Positions 27,102-40,726 are shown, numbered from the stretch's first letter. The stretch: DNA of 64,000 bases from Eledone cirrhosa (GCA_964016885.1 OZ024744.1:46438001-46502000); one strand, 5' to 3'. Numbers and translations are program-made. The notes: generated by a model not told the origin, from the letters alone.

Positions 27102-27203
27102 TGGCTAAGAACTATCACGTGGCTAGCGGTCAAGGCAGAAAGTTTGTGATTGGTGTCACAAACTTTCTGCCTTGACCGCTAGCCACGTGATAGATCTTAG
27201 CCA
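27102..27203. repeat. ~48-bp-arm palindrome with a 6-nt loop
   Basis: TGGCTAAGAACTATCACGTGGCTAGCGGTCAAGGCAGAAAGTTTGTGA-ttggtg-inverse, one mismatch. Confidence 0.9.
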
Positions 27204-28680
27204 ACAACACCAGCAACAACACCACCACCATCACCACCACCACCACCACAATCACGACGCCCACCAGCAACACCACCACCAGCAACACCACCACCAGCAC
27301 CACCACAACCAAATCCACCACCACCACAACAAAAAACACCACCCACAAAACCTCCACCACCACTACTACGACTACCACCAGCAACACCACTACCACCTCC
27401 ACAACAAAAAAGACCACTCACAACACCACCATACCATCACCAGCACCACCGCCACCACCACCACTACCACTACCACCAGCACCAATACAGCCATCAACAA
27501 ACAACCACTACCACCACCACCGCCACCAACATTACCACCACCACTACCACTACCACCACCACCACCACCACCACCACCACACCACTACCACTACCACCAC
27601 CACCACCACCACCACCACCACACCACTACCATCACCGCTACTAACACCACAATCACCACACCAGCACCAGCACCACAACCAAAACCACCACCACCACCAC
27701 TAATACCACCAACATCATCACCACCACCAGCACCACGCCAACAAACAACACCAGTACCGCCACCACCACCAACACCACCACCACCACCACCTGCTCCATC
27801 ATCACCACCACTCCCAACAACAACAACGAACCACCACCACCACAAAACCACTACCACTACCCTCACCATACTACCTCCACCACCAACAACAACAACAATA
27901 TCACCAACACCACCACCTCCACCACCACTAGTCCCACCACTACCACCACCACCAATAACAACAACATCACCAACACCACCACCTCCACCACCTCCACCAC
28001 CACCTCTAATACCACCACCACTAGTCCCACCACTACCACAGCCACCACCAACAACAACATCACCAACACCACCACTTCCACCATCTCCACCACCACCAAC
28101 ATCACCACCACCAATACCACCAACACCACCAACAAAGCACCACCCTTAACACCACTACCAGCACGAGCAACACCACCGCCACCATCACCAACACCAACTC
28201 CAACACCATCACCTCCACCACCTCCACGACTACCACTGCCAACCCTAACACCACCACTACCACCACTACCACCACAAACACTACCACCACCACTACTACA
28301 ACCTCCACCTCCACCACCACCACACACACTACCACCACCACCACCACAAACACTACCACCACCACTACCACTACCTCCACCTCCACCTCCACCACAAACA
28401 CTACCACCACCACTACCACTACCACCACCACCACCACCACGCAAACCACCACCACCACCACCACACAAACCACCACCACCACCTCCACGACCGCCGTCAT
28501 CACTACCACCTCCTCCACCACACCAATACCACCACCACCACCACACCACCACCACCACCACCACACCACCACCACCACTACCCTCACCACCACCGCCACC
28601 CAACCACCACCACCACCACCACCACCACCACCACCACCACCACCACCACCACACCACCACCACCACCACAACAACAACAA
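27204..28680. repeat. (CAC/CCA)n low-complexity tract
   Basis: 1.5 kb of degenerate CAC/CAA/CTA triplets. Confidence 0.9.
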
Positions 28681-28895
28681 TCGGGGCCTCATGCGTTCCA
28701 ATCTATGATGTTAACATTTTTTAATAGATTTTCACGGTTTTTCTCGATTTCTAATTATGACGTCATGGTTGTGTGTTAAATAGATATTCACATTCTGTTA
28801 TAACACATACATACACACACACACATATATACATGCATATATGTGTGTGTGTGTATATGTATATGTATACGTGCATGTGTCTGTTTGTGTATGAA

Positions 28896-28943
<48 letters not shown>

Positions 28944-29348
28944 CATGGGTGTGTGTATGTATGTATACATGTATGTAGTAGTTATGCATGTGTGTGTGCA
29001 TGTATGTGTGTATGTATGTTTGTAGGTATGTATGTATTTATGTATGTGTTTATGTATGTATATATGTTGTATGTATATATTTGTGTACATATATATGTAT
29101 GTATACGTATAGATTCATACTATTTCAATATTTTCTGCCATTAGTGAAATATTTTCTCGAAAGTGTACAAGTGTATTTTGTATTTTATACAAATTATTCT
29201 TCTGTATAACAATCCAGAAATTTATTACTGCTGATAATTGATCTATATTGTCTGATTGTTTGTTTGATTGGTTGAGTGTTTGATAACTGATCTTATTTGT
29301 TTTTGTGTCTGCTTGTTTTTTGTTGTTTCTTTTTCTATTCGTTTGATA

Positions 29349-29568
29349 ATGTCGGAGCGTAAAAAGCGCCGGAAGTTTCTCTCAAGATGTGCTGAAAGCG
29401 TCTGACGGCTTGCTGAGTCCATATTTCCTTGTTATTGTGAAAAACGACTCCGACGACGGCAACAGAAACTGCAACAATTTAATATAACATCTATCGATCC
29501 TGAGTCTGTGGAGTTACCAACAGCCACAGCGAATGTTAATGAATCGGCCATAATCGATATGCAGCCTG
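29349..29568 (+). CDS. Candidate first coding exon of the micro-exon gene (in-frame TGA at 29403)
   Basis: MSERKKRRKFLSRCAESV*RLAESIFPCYCEKRLRRRQQKLQQFNITSIDPESVELPTATANVNESAIIDMQP+G; 220 nt = phase 1, ending at a canonical G|GTAAGT donor. Confidence 0.55.
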
Positions 29569-30639
29569 GTAAGTTACAATTGTTCTAAATTTGGCCAGAC
29601 AAATCAGCAATTTGAAGGGAAAATCGATTAAATCTGCCCTAGTGCATTACTAGTAGTTTATTTTATCGACCCCGTACATGTTAAAGGCAAAGCTAATCTC
29701 GGTAAGTTTTGAACTCAGAACGTAAAATGCTGTAACTATATGCCACAAAGCATGCTGTCCGACACTCTACCAAACTGCCAATCCACCGCCCTTAAAGTAC
29801 GTTATAATAAACCCAGTTTGTTAAATTGTAAATAACACACTAAGATATAATTTTATTTCTCCAAAATATAAGTACACAACTTCTAAACAACTTATCTGTT
29901 TTACGCCGCCCACAGACAAGAAGACTAGCAATATTAGCTGTATAAGCCAATGTATCTCTCCGGACTTATTTCTCAGGCATGATACCCTTCCTCTCAACGG
30001 AGGGAAACGCTAGTCGCAGAGGCGAGGAGAGATTGTAAAAAAAAACATCTTGTTAATTTATCCATCTTCTGTTCCTCTGCTGCCTTGTGAGTGGCTGTAT
30101 TTTAATCATTGGCTGAAGTGACAATTTGAGCGCTGGAGTATGTCACGAAACATGGAATCATTTTCCCTCGTTGAATGAGAAAAGGAGTTACACCTCCGCG
30201 ACACTAAGTATCACCGTGGTTAAGACCAATAAGCTCCAGTTATGCCTAAAAGACAACAAAATTGTCACTCTTTAAATAACATCATTTAATGTGATGTGGT
30301 GAGGGAAACGTCCCACATAGTGAAAAAAGAAGGGAAACAGTTTGAAAGCAAGGACAGTAACTCTATATCAGAGCTCATGCGGCTCACATTTGAATAAATA
30401 ATATAATCTTTCCCTTACTCTCTCCCTCCACACACACACACACACACACACATACATATATATATACTATATTTTTTTGTCGGATCACCAGTAAGAAGAG
30501 AGATCGATAATGGAGTCGGATTCATAATTTCTATGGGTCACACTGAGCCAATCCGCTACGAAAGACTCGTAGCATGCTGACACAATACAAAATCTAAATA
30601 CGTGCAAACGAATCTTCATCGTTTTTATTAATATATATA

Positions 30640-31160
30640 TGGAACTTGCCCCATGAATAGGAGCAAATTTTGGAACAGAATAGAGAGGATTAAGAATAAG
30701 GCAAAATCATGGTATGATAGCAATAAATACCAGAGTATAATGTTCGTCGCTACAACCCCTAGAGGCGAACTAGCTTACATATTTAGATGGGCCCTAGACT
30801 GGCTCAAACCAAATATTAAGATAGTTGAAAGACCAGGTATTACCATAAAAACCCTAATTAGCAAAACATACTCATTTCAAAGATGTTCCTGTGCTGATAG
30901 GAAACGCATAGTCTGCAAGCTAAGCCCTCAAACAAATCGCAAAACTAGGAACGTAGTATATAGCATAAGATGTACTGACGGACAGTGTAAGAATAAGAAT
31001 ATAACATACATAGGTGAAACATCCCGTAGCATAGGAGAAAGGATAAGTGAACACTAGCGAGAAGTCTAGGATGGGAAAAACTTATCAGTACTCCACCAAC
31101 ATGCCAAAATAGAACAAAGGGACACATTAGAAAACATAGAGATAAAAATTATATCCACAA
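30640..31160 (+). mobile_element. Penelope-like fragment (GIY-YIG)
   Basis: MFVATTPRGELA...KIVERPG...NVVYSIRC...YIGETSRSIGERISEH. Confidence 0.85.
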
Positions 31161-31225
31161 TTGTCTCGGGAATTTTACCCGCCCTAGATATTCATACATA
31201 CATACATACATACATACATACATAC

Positions 31226-31805
31226 ATGGTGGCTGCCAACTCGTTTTCGAGTACGGCCACTACTTTATATCCATGTAGGAGAACCCCTACCGATGCGCTG
31301 AACGAGTGTGACTTTTTAGTCCCGCCAGCGACTTGAAAACTCTGGTACAAACACTACACTTGTGACAATTATTGACACATAGTGCTGGGCCCATGGTACC
31401 ATGTGACGACAAGTGCAGAGAGATCTCCAGATATAAAGCAATGCCTGTGCCGTGAAGCTTTTATAGTGAGCAAAGGCACTGCACAAAGCCAGTCCCACTC
31501 TCTTAACCAAGATGATATTTACCAAAAAGAAGAACAAGTCAACATCATTGGATACCACCAGGTTTGCAGGTGTTATATCAGAGTTTTCCTTCTCCTAGAA
31601 TTCTGCCTTGACAAAGGCTAAGGGGTCATCTCTCCCGGTGAATTTGGATGGCCATTGACTCTTAAGAGCTCCTTTGCCCTTTGACAGGTTTTGTTTTTAG
31701 TCCTGCAGGATGTCCAAAGTTACCCTCCTCACCAAGAAACCTTGGTGGGGTTGCCAGTTTAGTCGCCAACGACCCGACCATGGGACAGGTTGTACTGGGA
31801 TACAT
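31226..31805 (-). mobile_element. Short bipartite non-autonomous RTE-like element (second copy at 38728-39340)
   Basis: Minus strand ends in C2H2 HKCSVCTRVFKSLAGLKSHTRSAHR* (31287-31364), typical of RTE ORF C-termini, joined to a 5'UTR-like segment; both copies share the same 3' end next to microsatellite. Confidence 0.55.
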
Positions 31806-31869
31806 ACATACATACATACATACATACATACATACATACATACATACATACATACATACATACATACAT

Positions 31870-34800
31870 ACAACCGGTCTGATATTGTTGTTTGGGACCA
31901 CACATTGAAAACGTGTTCTGTTGTGGAGATCAGCTGCCCACTTGATGTAAACGTTGTCAGAAAAATACAAGAGAAGGAGGACATATACGGACCATTGATG
32001 AGGAGTTTACAAATCCAGTATCCAATATACACCTTCAGCTTCATACCCATCATTATTGGAGCTACGGTTTACATACCAACCCGCTTGGACCAGTGTATAA
32101 CTGAACTGGATTTGCGGACAAAGAACGCAGCTCCATAATTCATAGACTACAAATGGCTGCGATAGCTGGCACCTTCAAAATTTGCAAAACATTCTTGAGA
32201 TTCAAGGGATGACAATTTCGTTTCTTTTACAACCTTGCCACCAGGAAGGAGGCCGGTCAAAAATATACTCGAAATTAAGAGAAAGAGATAACATACCTCA
32301 CTCCTCACCAACAAAGAGTGAAAAATAAAATAGAGACGATGTTTGGTAACAGTAGAACCAGAACATTTCAATATAAGCTGATATTCCTCAAACGAGAATT
32401 GAGAGCTGTTAGCGAAAAACGCCGATACCTGAAGAAGGTAGATGAGAGAAAAGTGCTTAATAAAAGATTCAGACGAAACCAAAAATCAGTCTATAGAGAT
32501 ATGAAGAAAAAAATAATAAGTGTCACTGAGGCCCCATCCTAGAAAGACAGATTCCTTTTGGAGCAAAAAATGGGGTGAAAAGAAGAATTTCAACTAAGAT
32601 GCAGTGTGGCTAAAAGAAATCCGAAAGAACTATTGCTCCTACACTACAACAAAAACATACGAAATAAGTGAGGGTACCCTTGAGACTGTGATAGGATAAC
32701 TTCAAGATAAGAAAACACAGGAAGAGACATGATTGTCGGCTACTGGTACAAAAAACTGATATTCTATCGGAGGTATCTTACTGACCTCTACCAACAAGTT
32801 CTTAAGGGAGATACACCTATACCAGAATGGTTTACATTAGTACAAACATTACTGGTCCCCAAGAACAAAGACACCCACTTGGCAAAAAACTACCGACCCA
32901 CTGCATGCCAGAACCTGATGTATAAGATGTATACAGCCTGCCTGAACCTATTCCTCTAAGATCACTGAAAATAATAACATCATCATAGATGAACAAGCAA
33001 CTGGAAAGACAGGGGTTTGGGGATGTGCTGAACAACTCCTAATCAACAAAACTGCGATGTCGGGGGTGCGACAACTTAAGAGGAATATGGTTAGTCTGGC
33101 TGGACTACAGGAAAGCTTTCTATTCTGTTCCCCACTCTTGGATGATAGACGCCCTCCAACTTGCTAAAGTCCCAGACATTATTATCAGAGACATAGAGAA
33201 GCTGTCTTCTTATTGGGCTACTATCCTAAGGTTAAAGACAAAGAAGGAGGACTCTATTTTCACTGATAACATAAAATATCGCAGAGGTTTATTTCAGTGA
33301 GACAGTCTCTCTGTGATAATTTTCATCCTTCATTAAACCCCTTGTCCTTTCTGCTCAAGAAATGTGAAGGATACATCATTGGCTCACAGGAGGACAGAAA
33401 TACGAACATAATCCATAATTTATTTATGGATGATCTGAAACTCTATGCCAAGAACATGGATGGGAGGAAGAAAATGTTTGACCTGGTTACAATGTTCTCA
33501 AATGATATAGGAATGAAGTTTGGCCAAGATAAATGCTCATATGATTGTAAAGTGGGGAAAAACAACAACCAAATCTAGCAACATAGTCATCAATGGCCTA
33601 ACTGTTTCACCGATATCTGATGAGGGCTACTACAGATACCTGGGGATAGATGAGAACATATCCTATAATGGTATCTGTAATAAGGAACGCATAACCAGGG
33701 AATACAACACCCGATTAAAAACAATATGGTCATCGGAACTCTCTGCGCAAAACAAAACAGTGGCTCACAATGTGTTTGCTGTGCCTGTCCTAACACCAAC
33801 GTTTGGAATACTCAATTGGATGATAGACGAAATCCGAGCAATTGATGTTAGAACTCGAAAAATACTAAACAACACCGGCAACTTCCACATCAACAGTGAC
33901 ATAGACCGCCTTTACTTGAAACGTAAGCAGGGAGGCAGAGGCCTAACATCAGTCCAGATAGCATTTGAATATCGCATCATATCCCTCCGACATCTAGGAG
34001 CCTCGAAGCGTAGGATCCCGTCTCTCGATCAAGTATATCTGCATCAAACAGATGAGATCATGAGAGTTGGGAAGGAACTCCTCGAGAGATATTCCCTGTG
34101 TGATAATCAAAAACTCACACCCAGGGAACTCGCTCAGCAGTATCGCAGTGAATCCATAGATGAAAAACTGCATACTTATCAGCAAAAAATCATGCATGGA
34201 TATGTTGCCAGGAAGCTCCACAGGGAGAATAATATAAATAAGGAAAGTAGTCTATCTTGGACCAACAACTGCTATATTGGCTCCCACTTTGAAGGATACG
34301 CTTTTGCAATCCAAGAACAGGAAATTAATACGAAATACCTGATTCACAAAAGAGATAGGGATGCAGGCAAAACACCTAAATGTGATAACAAGTGCAAACT
34401 CTGCAGAACTAACATCGAAGATATCATCAATGTCATCAGCAGCTGTCGAAAGATGTCATCGCGGTACTATCTACCTATGAGGTATGATGTAGTGGCCAAA
34501 ACAATGTACAATGCAAACCGTAAAAAAGATAGCACCGATAATAAACACATTTAAAGCTACAGCAATGTGGAAGACATACATATACATAATATGAAAGAGT
34601 ACTGGTGGAATGTTCCAGTTAAAACCGCAATAAAATGCAGGCATAACAGACCAGATAATATGATATGGGACAGGGAGAAGGCATGCACACTAGTGGAAAT
34701 TTGCTGCCCAGCAGATGCCAATATAATATCAAAGATTAGCAGAAAGGAGAATATTTATGCAGAACTGATGAGAAATCTGCAGATACTCCACCCTGATTAC

Positions 34801-35160
34801 ACCTTCAGATTTATGCCTGTGATTATTGGGTCACTGGGGTATGTTAGTAACTGCCTCAATACAAATCTTGAGAAGCTAGGCTTCACAGGAACGGAAAGAC
34901 CACAACAAGTTAGGTAATTACAAGTACAATCCATTAATGGAGCAGTAAAAATATGTAAAATATTCCAAAAATGTTGCATCTAATAACTGCATATACACAT
35001 GTACAGATACAAAGCATATACACATGCACACATACAACTCAAAGCTTACACATCCACACATACAATAACATATCTACACATGTATACATGCAGACATACA
35101 TACATATCTACCTAGTTGATGTTGTGTAAATTCCTATGAGAAGTCGTGTGTCTATGTTAG
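31870..35160 (+). mobile_element. R4/Dong-clade RLE non-LTR retrotransposon (decayed), preceded by a second 3' fragment at 31870-32200
   Basis: NYRPTAC, WLDYRKAF.SVPH, LFMDDLKLYA, YRYLG, CKLC...EDI..VISSC, HNRPD.MIWD....LVEICCP; next to (TACA)n. Confidence 0.9.
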
Positions 35161-36049
35161 AAACGGACTCTCTCTTTCTATTGGGAAAAAATTTGTGAAA
35201 TTATAAAACCAGAAGAACATACATACATATATACATATCAATCTTGCAAAATGGGGATATTTAAAGGATAGGGACATTGTGTGTGACTGCGGCATCAAAC
35301 CAGAGACTGCGTGGCACCTCCTGATATGACCCCTGCTGGAACATCCCTGCACAACATTTGACGTGACAGAGTTTAATGAGAAAGGACAGCTGTGGCGGAA
35401 CTACATCTAACCAAGCTTTGTAACTGACACTCTTGTGGACACGACAAGAAGAATACAGAGTTGTGTGTCTAAGACAGGTAGTCTGTGGTTTGGGCAGTCT
35501 ATTTTAATATTCTAGTGGATGGAGTTGGGTATTTATTTGCTGAATGATTTTTACCGTTTATTTCTAGTCTCTTGATGATTTCTTTAACGGCATGTCTATA
35601 CTACTATACAGATAACCTCTACATAATGGGAGAACATATTTAGGGCTAAATGGTTCTTGGCTACTCGTTCTTTGAGTGTCATATCCAACCATATAATAAA
35701 GAGATTGGCTAAATCAAGAATGATGCTGACCGATGTTAGCCCCTCAATATTGTTCTTATACTGACCATTTTCCTTGTCTGATCATGGTTTTCGGGGGTCT
35801 TTATTTGCTCAAGTCCACGCGCTCCATATTTTTTGCCATTGGAATAATTGTTTCTACGTTTGACACAAGGCCAGCAATCACCTAGTGTATTACTGGTACT
35901 TTATTTTATCGGCCCCGTAAGGATGAAAGGCAAAAACAGCTGGTGGTCTGTTACATGGTGGGACAGAGACTGCAAAAGCTATTATTGTGTAGATATTCTT
36001 TGTCACTAATGAGTCTAGGGAGGATTCACTGGTCCCTGATTGAAACTTA

Positions 36050-36409
36050 CGGCAATGTCATGTTCGTAGATGTTATCCCTGGGGGGAAATTAGCTAACCA
36101 ATGTAGAAAGGCCCTAAGAAAGACCCACTTAAAGCTTAAAGTGGTAGAAAAGCCAGGAACTACCATAAAATCCGTGATCAGCAAAACATATCCTTTTAAA
36201 AAACCCACTGTACTAATAGGAAATGTGTTATATGTAAGGTAAACCCCCAGATAAACTGTAAAACTAGAAATGTAGTCGATAGCATAAGATGTACAAAGGG
36301 TACTTGCAGAAACATGACAACGACATACATAGGTGAGACAGTTCGAAGCATAGGAGAAAGAATCGACCAACACTGGGGGGAATTAAAAAGACAAAAAAAA
36401 TGTTGAGTA
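36050..36409 (+). mobile_element. Penelope-like fragment (GIY-YIG)
   Basis: MFVDVIPGGKLA...KVVEKPG...NVVDSIRC...YIGETVRSIGERIDQH. Confidence 0.8.
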
Positions 36410-38605
36410 CAGTGGAAGCCCATTAAACCTTGATATAAGAAAAACATTTCTTACCACGGTTAAAAATCATGTCCGTTAAGTTGCTCCTTCCCGCATCGAA
36501 TGACCGGCAAATTTGAAATTCCAGCAGTTTTTGACTGAGGAAGTGTTATAGCGTCACTAAGCGGGAAGGGGAGACAACTACGATCCACGAAAGGAGGAAA
36601 AAAATAATAATAATATACACGCGGGTTAATCAGTTTATTCGAAAACATTATCAATCCAACGTGTTAAGAACTCAATTGAAATAAAAAAATAAATATATGC
36701 GTGTATAATTACACACGCATATAGATATTTTCTTAGGCTAAAATCAGAGGTTGTACCTGAATAAGAAACCGCATCTCGTAACCGTAGTAAATACGGAAAG
36801 TTATGTTTTAAAGGGCAAATGGGAATGTAAATCTCCGGCCGAATTAAGAGTAAAATATAAAGCACACGCGGGTTAATTAGTTATTTCAAAACTAATATCA
36901 ATAATTCCTCGTGTAAAGAACTCAATCGAGATGCGGTTTCTTATTCAGGTACAACCTCTGATTTTAGCCTCAGAAAATATCTATATGCGTGTGTAATTTA
37001 TACACGCATATATTTATTTTTTTAATTTCAATTGAGTTCTTAACACGTTGGATTGATAATGTTTTCGAATAAACTGATTAACCCGCGTGTATATTATTAT
37101 TTTTTTTTTTCCCCTTTCGTGGATCGTAGATGTCTCCCCTTCGCGCTTAGTGACGCTATAACACTTCCTCAGTCAAAAACTGCTGGAATTTCAAATTTGC
37201 CGGTCATTCGATGCGGGAAGGAGCAACTTAACGGACATGATTTTTAACCGTGGTAAGAAATGTTTTTCTTATATCAAGGTTTATTGGGCTTCCACTGATG
37301 ATTTATAAACGCCCACCTAAATATATTCTTACATGAATGTATATTAGGCTTCTACATAAACTGGAAATATTCTCCGACTTTGTAGAAAACTTATAATGAA
37401 ACAATTGTTTGGAAAGAGAGATATATTTTAACTTTAATTATATCTCATAAAATAATACAACTGGATTTTCCACATAATACATATTGTTAGCACCCCAAAC
37501 ACTTAAATTGGGTTTATATTAAAATATAACCTAATGTTTGTTGAGTGAGATGGTTACCAGTCAGAGATTAGCTTTAAACTATCTCTGTTTTTGTATTAAT
37601 ATTTTACTCTTGATTGGCCAGAGGTGTTTATTTCCAGGTACCTTATAAATTTGACTTTCCGTATTTATTACTGTTGTGCAATATTGTGGTTTTTATTGGT
37701 TGTAACTTCTCTGTTTTTTAGCCTAAGAAAAAATATATATGCCTATGTATATAATTACATGCATACATTTATTTTTTTTAAATTGATTGAGTTCTTTACA
37801 CGAGGAATTGATATTAGTTTTGAAATAACTAATTAACCCGCGTGTGCTTTATATTTTACTCTTAATTCGGCCGGAGATTTATATTCCCATTTGCCCTTTA
37901 AAACATAACTTTCCGTATTTACTACGGTTACGAGATGCGGTTTCTTATTCAGGTACAACCTCTGATTTTAGCCTAAGAAAATATCTATATGCGTGTGTAA
38001 TTATACACGCATATATTTATTTTTTTTATTTCAATTGAGTTCTTAACACGTTGGATTGATAATGTTTTCGAATAAACTGATTAACCCGCGTGTATATTAT
38101 TATTATTTTTTTTCCTCCTTTCGTGGATCGTAGTTGTCTCCCCTTCCCGCTTAGTGACGCTATAACACTTCCTCAGTCAAAAACTGCTGGAATTTCAAAT
38201 TTGCCGGTCATTCGATGCGGGAAGGAGCAACTTAACGGACATGATTTTTAACCGTGGTAAGAAATGTTTTTCTTATATCAAGGTTTATTGGGCTTCCACT
38301 GATGATTTATAAGCGCCCACCTAAATATATTCTTACATGAATGTATATTAGGCTTCTACATAAACTGGAAATATTCTCCGACTTTGTAGAAAACTTATAA
38401 TGAAACAATTGTTTGGAAAAAGAGATATATTTTAACTTTAATTATATCTCATAAAATAATACAACTGGATTTTCCACATAATACATATTGTTAGCACCCC
38501 ATACACTTAAATTGGGTTTATATTAAAATAAAACCTAATGTTTGTTGAGTGAGATGGTTACCAGTCAGAGATTAGCTTTAAACTATCTCTGTTTTTGTAT
38601 TAATT
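36410..38605 (+). mobile_element. Inverted + tandem (period 1004 bp) pLTR-like array with hammerhead motifs
   Basis: 36927-37600 repeats at 37931-38605; 36410-36926 is an inverted copy of ~37785-38301. Confidence 0.8.
38294..38418 (+). ncRNA. Type I hammerhead motif with long branched stem II (sister at 37290-37414)
   Basis: UUCCA-CUGAUGA-UUUAUAAG..CUUAUAAU-GAAA-CAAUUG-UU^UGGAA. Confidence 0.6.
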
Positions 38606-38620
38606 ATATATATATATATT

Positions 38621-38731
<111 letters not shown>

Positions 38732-39460
38732 TGGCTGCCAACTCGTTTTCGAGTACGGCCACTACTTTATATCCATGTAGGAGAACCCCTACCGATGCGC
38801 TGAACGAATGTGACTTTTTAGTCCAGCCAGCGACTTGAAAACTCTGGTACAAAGACTACACTTGTGACCATTATTGACACATAGTGCAGGGCCCATGATA
38901 CCATGTGATGACAAGTGCAGAGAGATCTCCAGATATAAAGCAATGCCTGTGCTGTGAAGCTTTTATAGTGAGCAAAGGCACTGCACAAAGCCAGTCCCAC
39001 TCTCTTAACCAAGATGATATTTACCAAAAAGAAGAACAAGTCAACATCATTGGATACCATCAGGGTTGCAGGTGTTATATCAGAGTTTTCCTTCTCCTAG
39101 AATTCTGCCTTGACAAAGGCTAAGGGGTCATCTCTCCCGGTGATTTTGGATGGCTATTGAGTCTTAAGAGCTCCCTTGCCCTTTGACAGGTTTTGTTTTT
39201 AGTCCTGCAGGATGTCCAAAGTCACCCTCCTCACCAAGAAACCTTGGTGGGGTTGCCAGTTTAGTCGCCAACGACCCGACCATGAGACAGGTTGTACTGG
39301 GATACATGTTACCAGTAGCACCAACTGGTGACCTGACATAATATATATATATACATACATACATACATACATATATATACATATATATACATACATATAT
39401 ATACATATATATACATATATATACATACATATATATACATATATATACATACATACATAC

Positions 39461-39491
<31 letters not shown>

Positions 39492-39531
39492 CATATAGAT
39501 AGATAAATATACAAGGGTGTGTATAGAAGAT

Positions 39532-39921
39532 TATATTAATAAGAGGAATTCCAACTTTGTCTGATTTACTCGTTTTATTTACAATCCTTTAAAATTTATA
39601 ATGGTATTATAATGAAATAGTATGATAGAATATTAAATGTTAAGTGTTAATTGAACAAGTACTTTCATCCTTTCGCAATCTTCAGGTTCACAATGTGTGG
39701 TGACAGTCAAGTTTGCAATTTTCAACTGTGAAAATTGCAAACTTGACTGTCACCACACATTATGAACCTGAAGATTGCGAAAGGATGAAAGTACTTGTTC
39801 AATTAACACTTAACATTTAATATTCTATCATACTATTTCATTATAATACCATTATAAATTTTAAAGGATTGTAAATAAAACGAGTAAATCAGACAAAGTT
39901 GGAATTCCTCTTATTAATATA
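39532..39921. repeat. ~190-bp-arm palindrome carrying two divergent hammerhead motifs (39763-39801 plus, 39652-39690 minus)
   Basis: Near-perfect inverse around the loop ACTG (39725-39728); UGAAC-CUGAAGA-UUGCGAAAGGAU-GAAA-GUAC-UU^GUUCA. Confidence 0.85.
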
Positions 39922-40446
39922 TATACATATACATATACATATACATATATATATATATATATACATATATATTTATATATACACAATCTATTGTACATTT
40001 GTATAGATGGAACTTAATGTAATGTGTATGGTGGAACTGATGTATAAAATAGTGTGTACATATATAAGTGAAGTGATGTTGGTGTTATGTGTTTGTTGAT
40101 GTATACATATAGGTATATGGGGTGGTAAATAACTTTATCGTTTACCTGTTTGGGTGTGTTTGTCAGATGGTGCCTTTTTGAGTGTGTGTGTGTTAGGTTC
40201 TGTGTGCGTGTGTGAGTGTGAGTTTCTCTGTGTGTCCTCTGTGTGTATATAAGAATAGATTTTAGTTATAACGATGGTCGTCATGATTATAGAAATTTGG
40301 TACTGAAGGTAGCGAATCCGTCAGCGTCTAGAATATTGTCAAAAATATAAATATATATATATATGAATATATATATAAAGTGTTTCCGTAGCAAAGGTAA
40401 AGGAAAAGAGAGTGCTCTATATAGGCTACAGAGCTTTTAAATAAAA

Positions 40447-40518
40447 TTTCATTCTGACGACCGAAGTCTGACGTTTGTGTCAGGCTCGTCTGTCTTCGAG
40501 AAACCTTTGTAAATGAAA
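40447..40518 (+). ncRNA. Type I hammerhead motif
   Basis: UUUCAUU-CUGACGA-CCGAAG..CUUCGA-GAAAC-CUUU-GUA^AAUGAAA; 7-bp stem I. Confidence 0.55.
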
Positions 40519-40726
40519 TATTTATCTTATGTTGTTTATTCCATAACTATATGTATATATATATATATAAATGGCTGGGACAGCAGGAGTTCGGTCCTTT
40601 TCTGTTCGGACCTGGTGTATATATGTATATATCAGAGATAATGAATCCAATAACTGTTTCCTGCATTTGTAATGTTATTTGTATATATACATGTAGGTTT
40701 ACTATGATGTTGTTTATATATTCTAG

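Noticed and set aside
27172-28701. 325-aa His/Pro-rich ORF and antisense Gly/Val ORFs
   Set aside because: CAC-triplet low complexity is open in most frames; no real ATG or splice signals.
29403-29405. Selenocysteine codon
   Set aside because: No redox motif or selenoprotein resemblance, and no 3' UTR/SECIS is visible in the window.
30321-30356. Possible 36-nt phase-1 exon (KKEGKQFESKD, tag|...|gtaact)
   Set aside because: Poor polypyrimidine tract, weak donor and single copy; needs RNA evidence.
36535-36595. CTGAGGA-AGTG..CACT hammerhead-like start
   Set aside because: Followed by AAGC rather than GAAA; stems I and III do not form.
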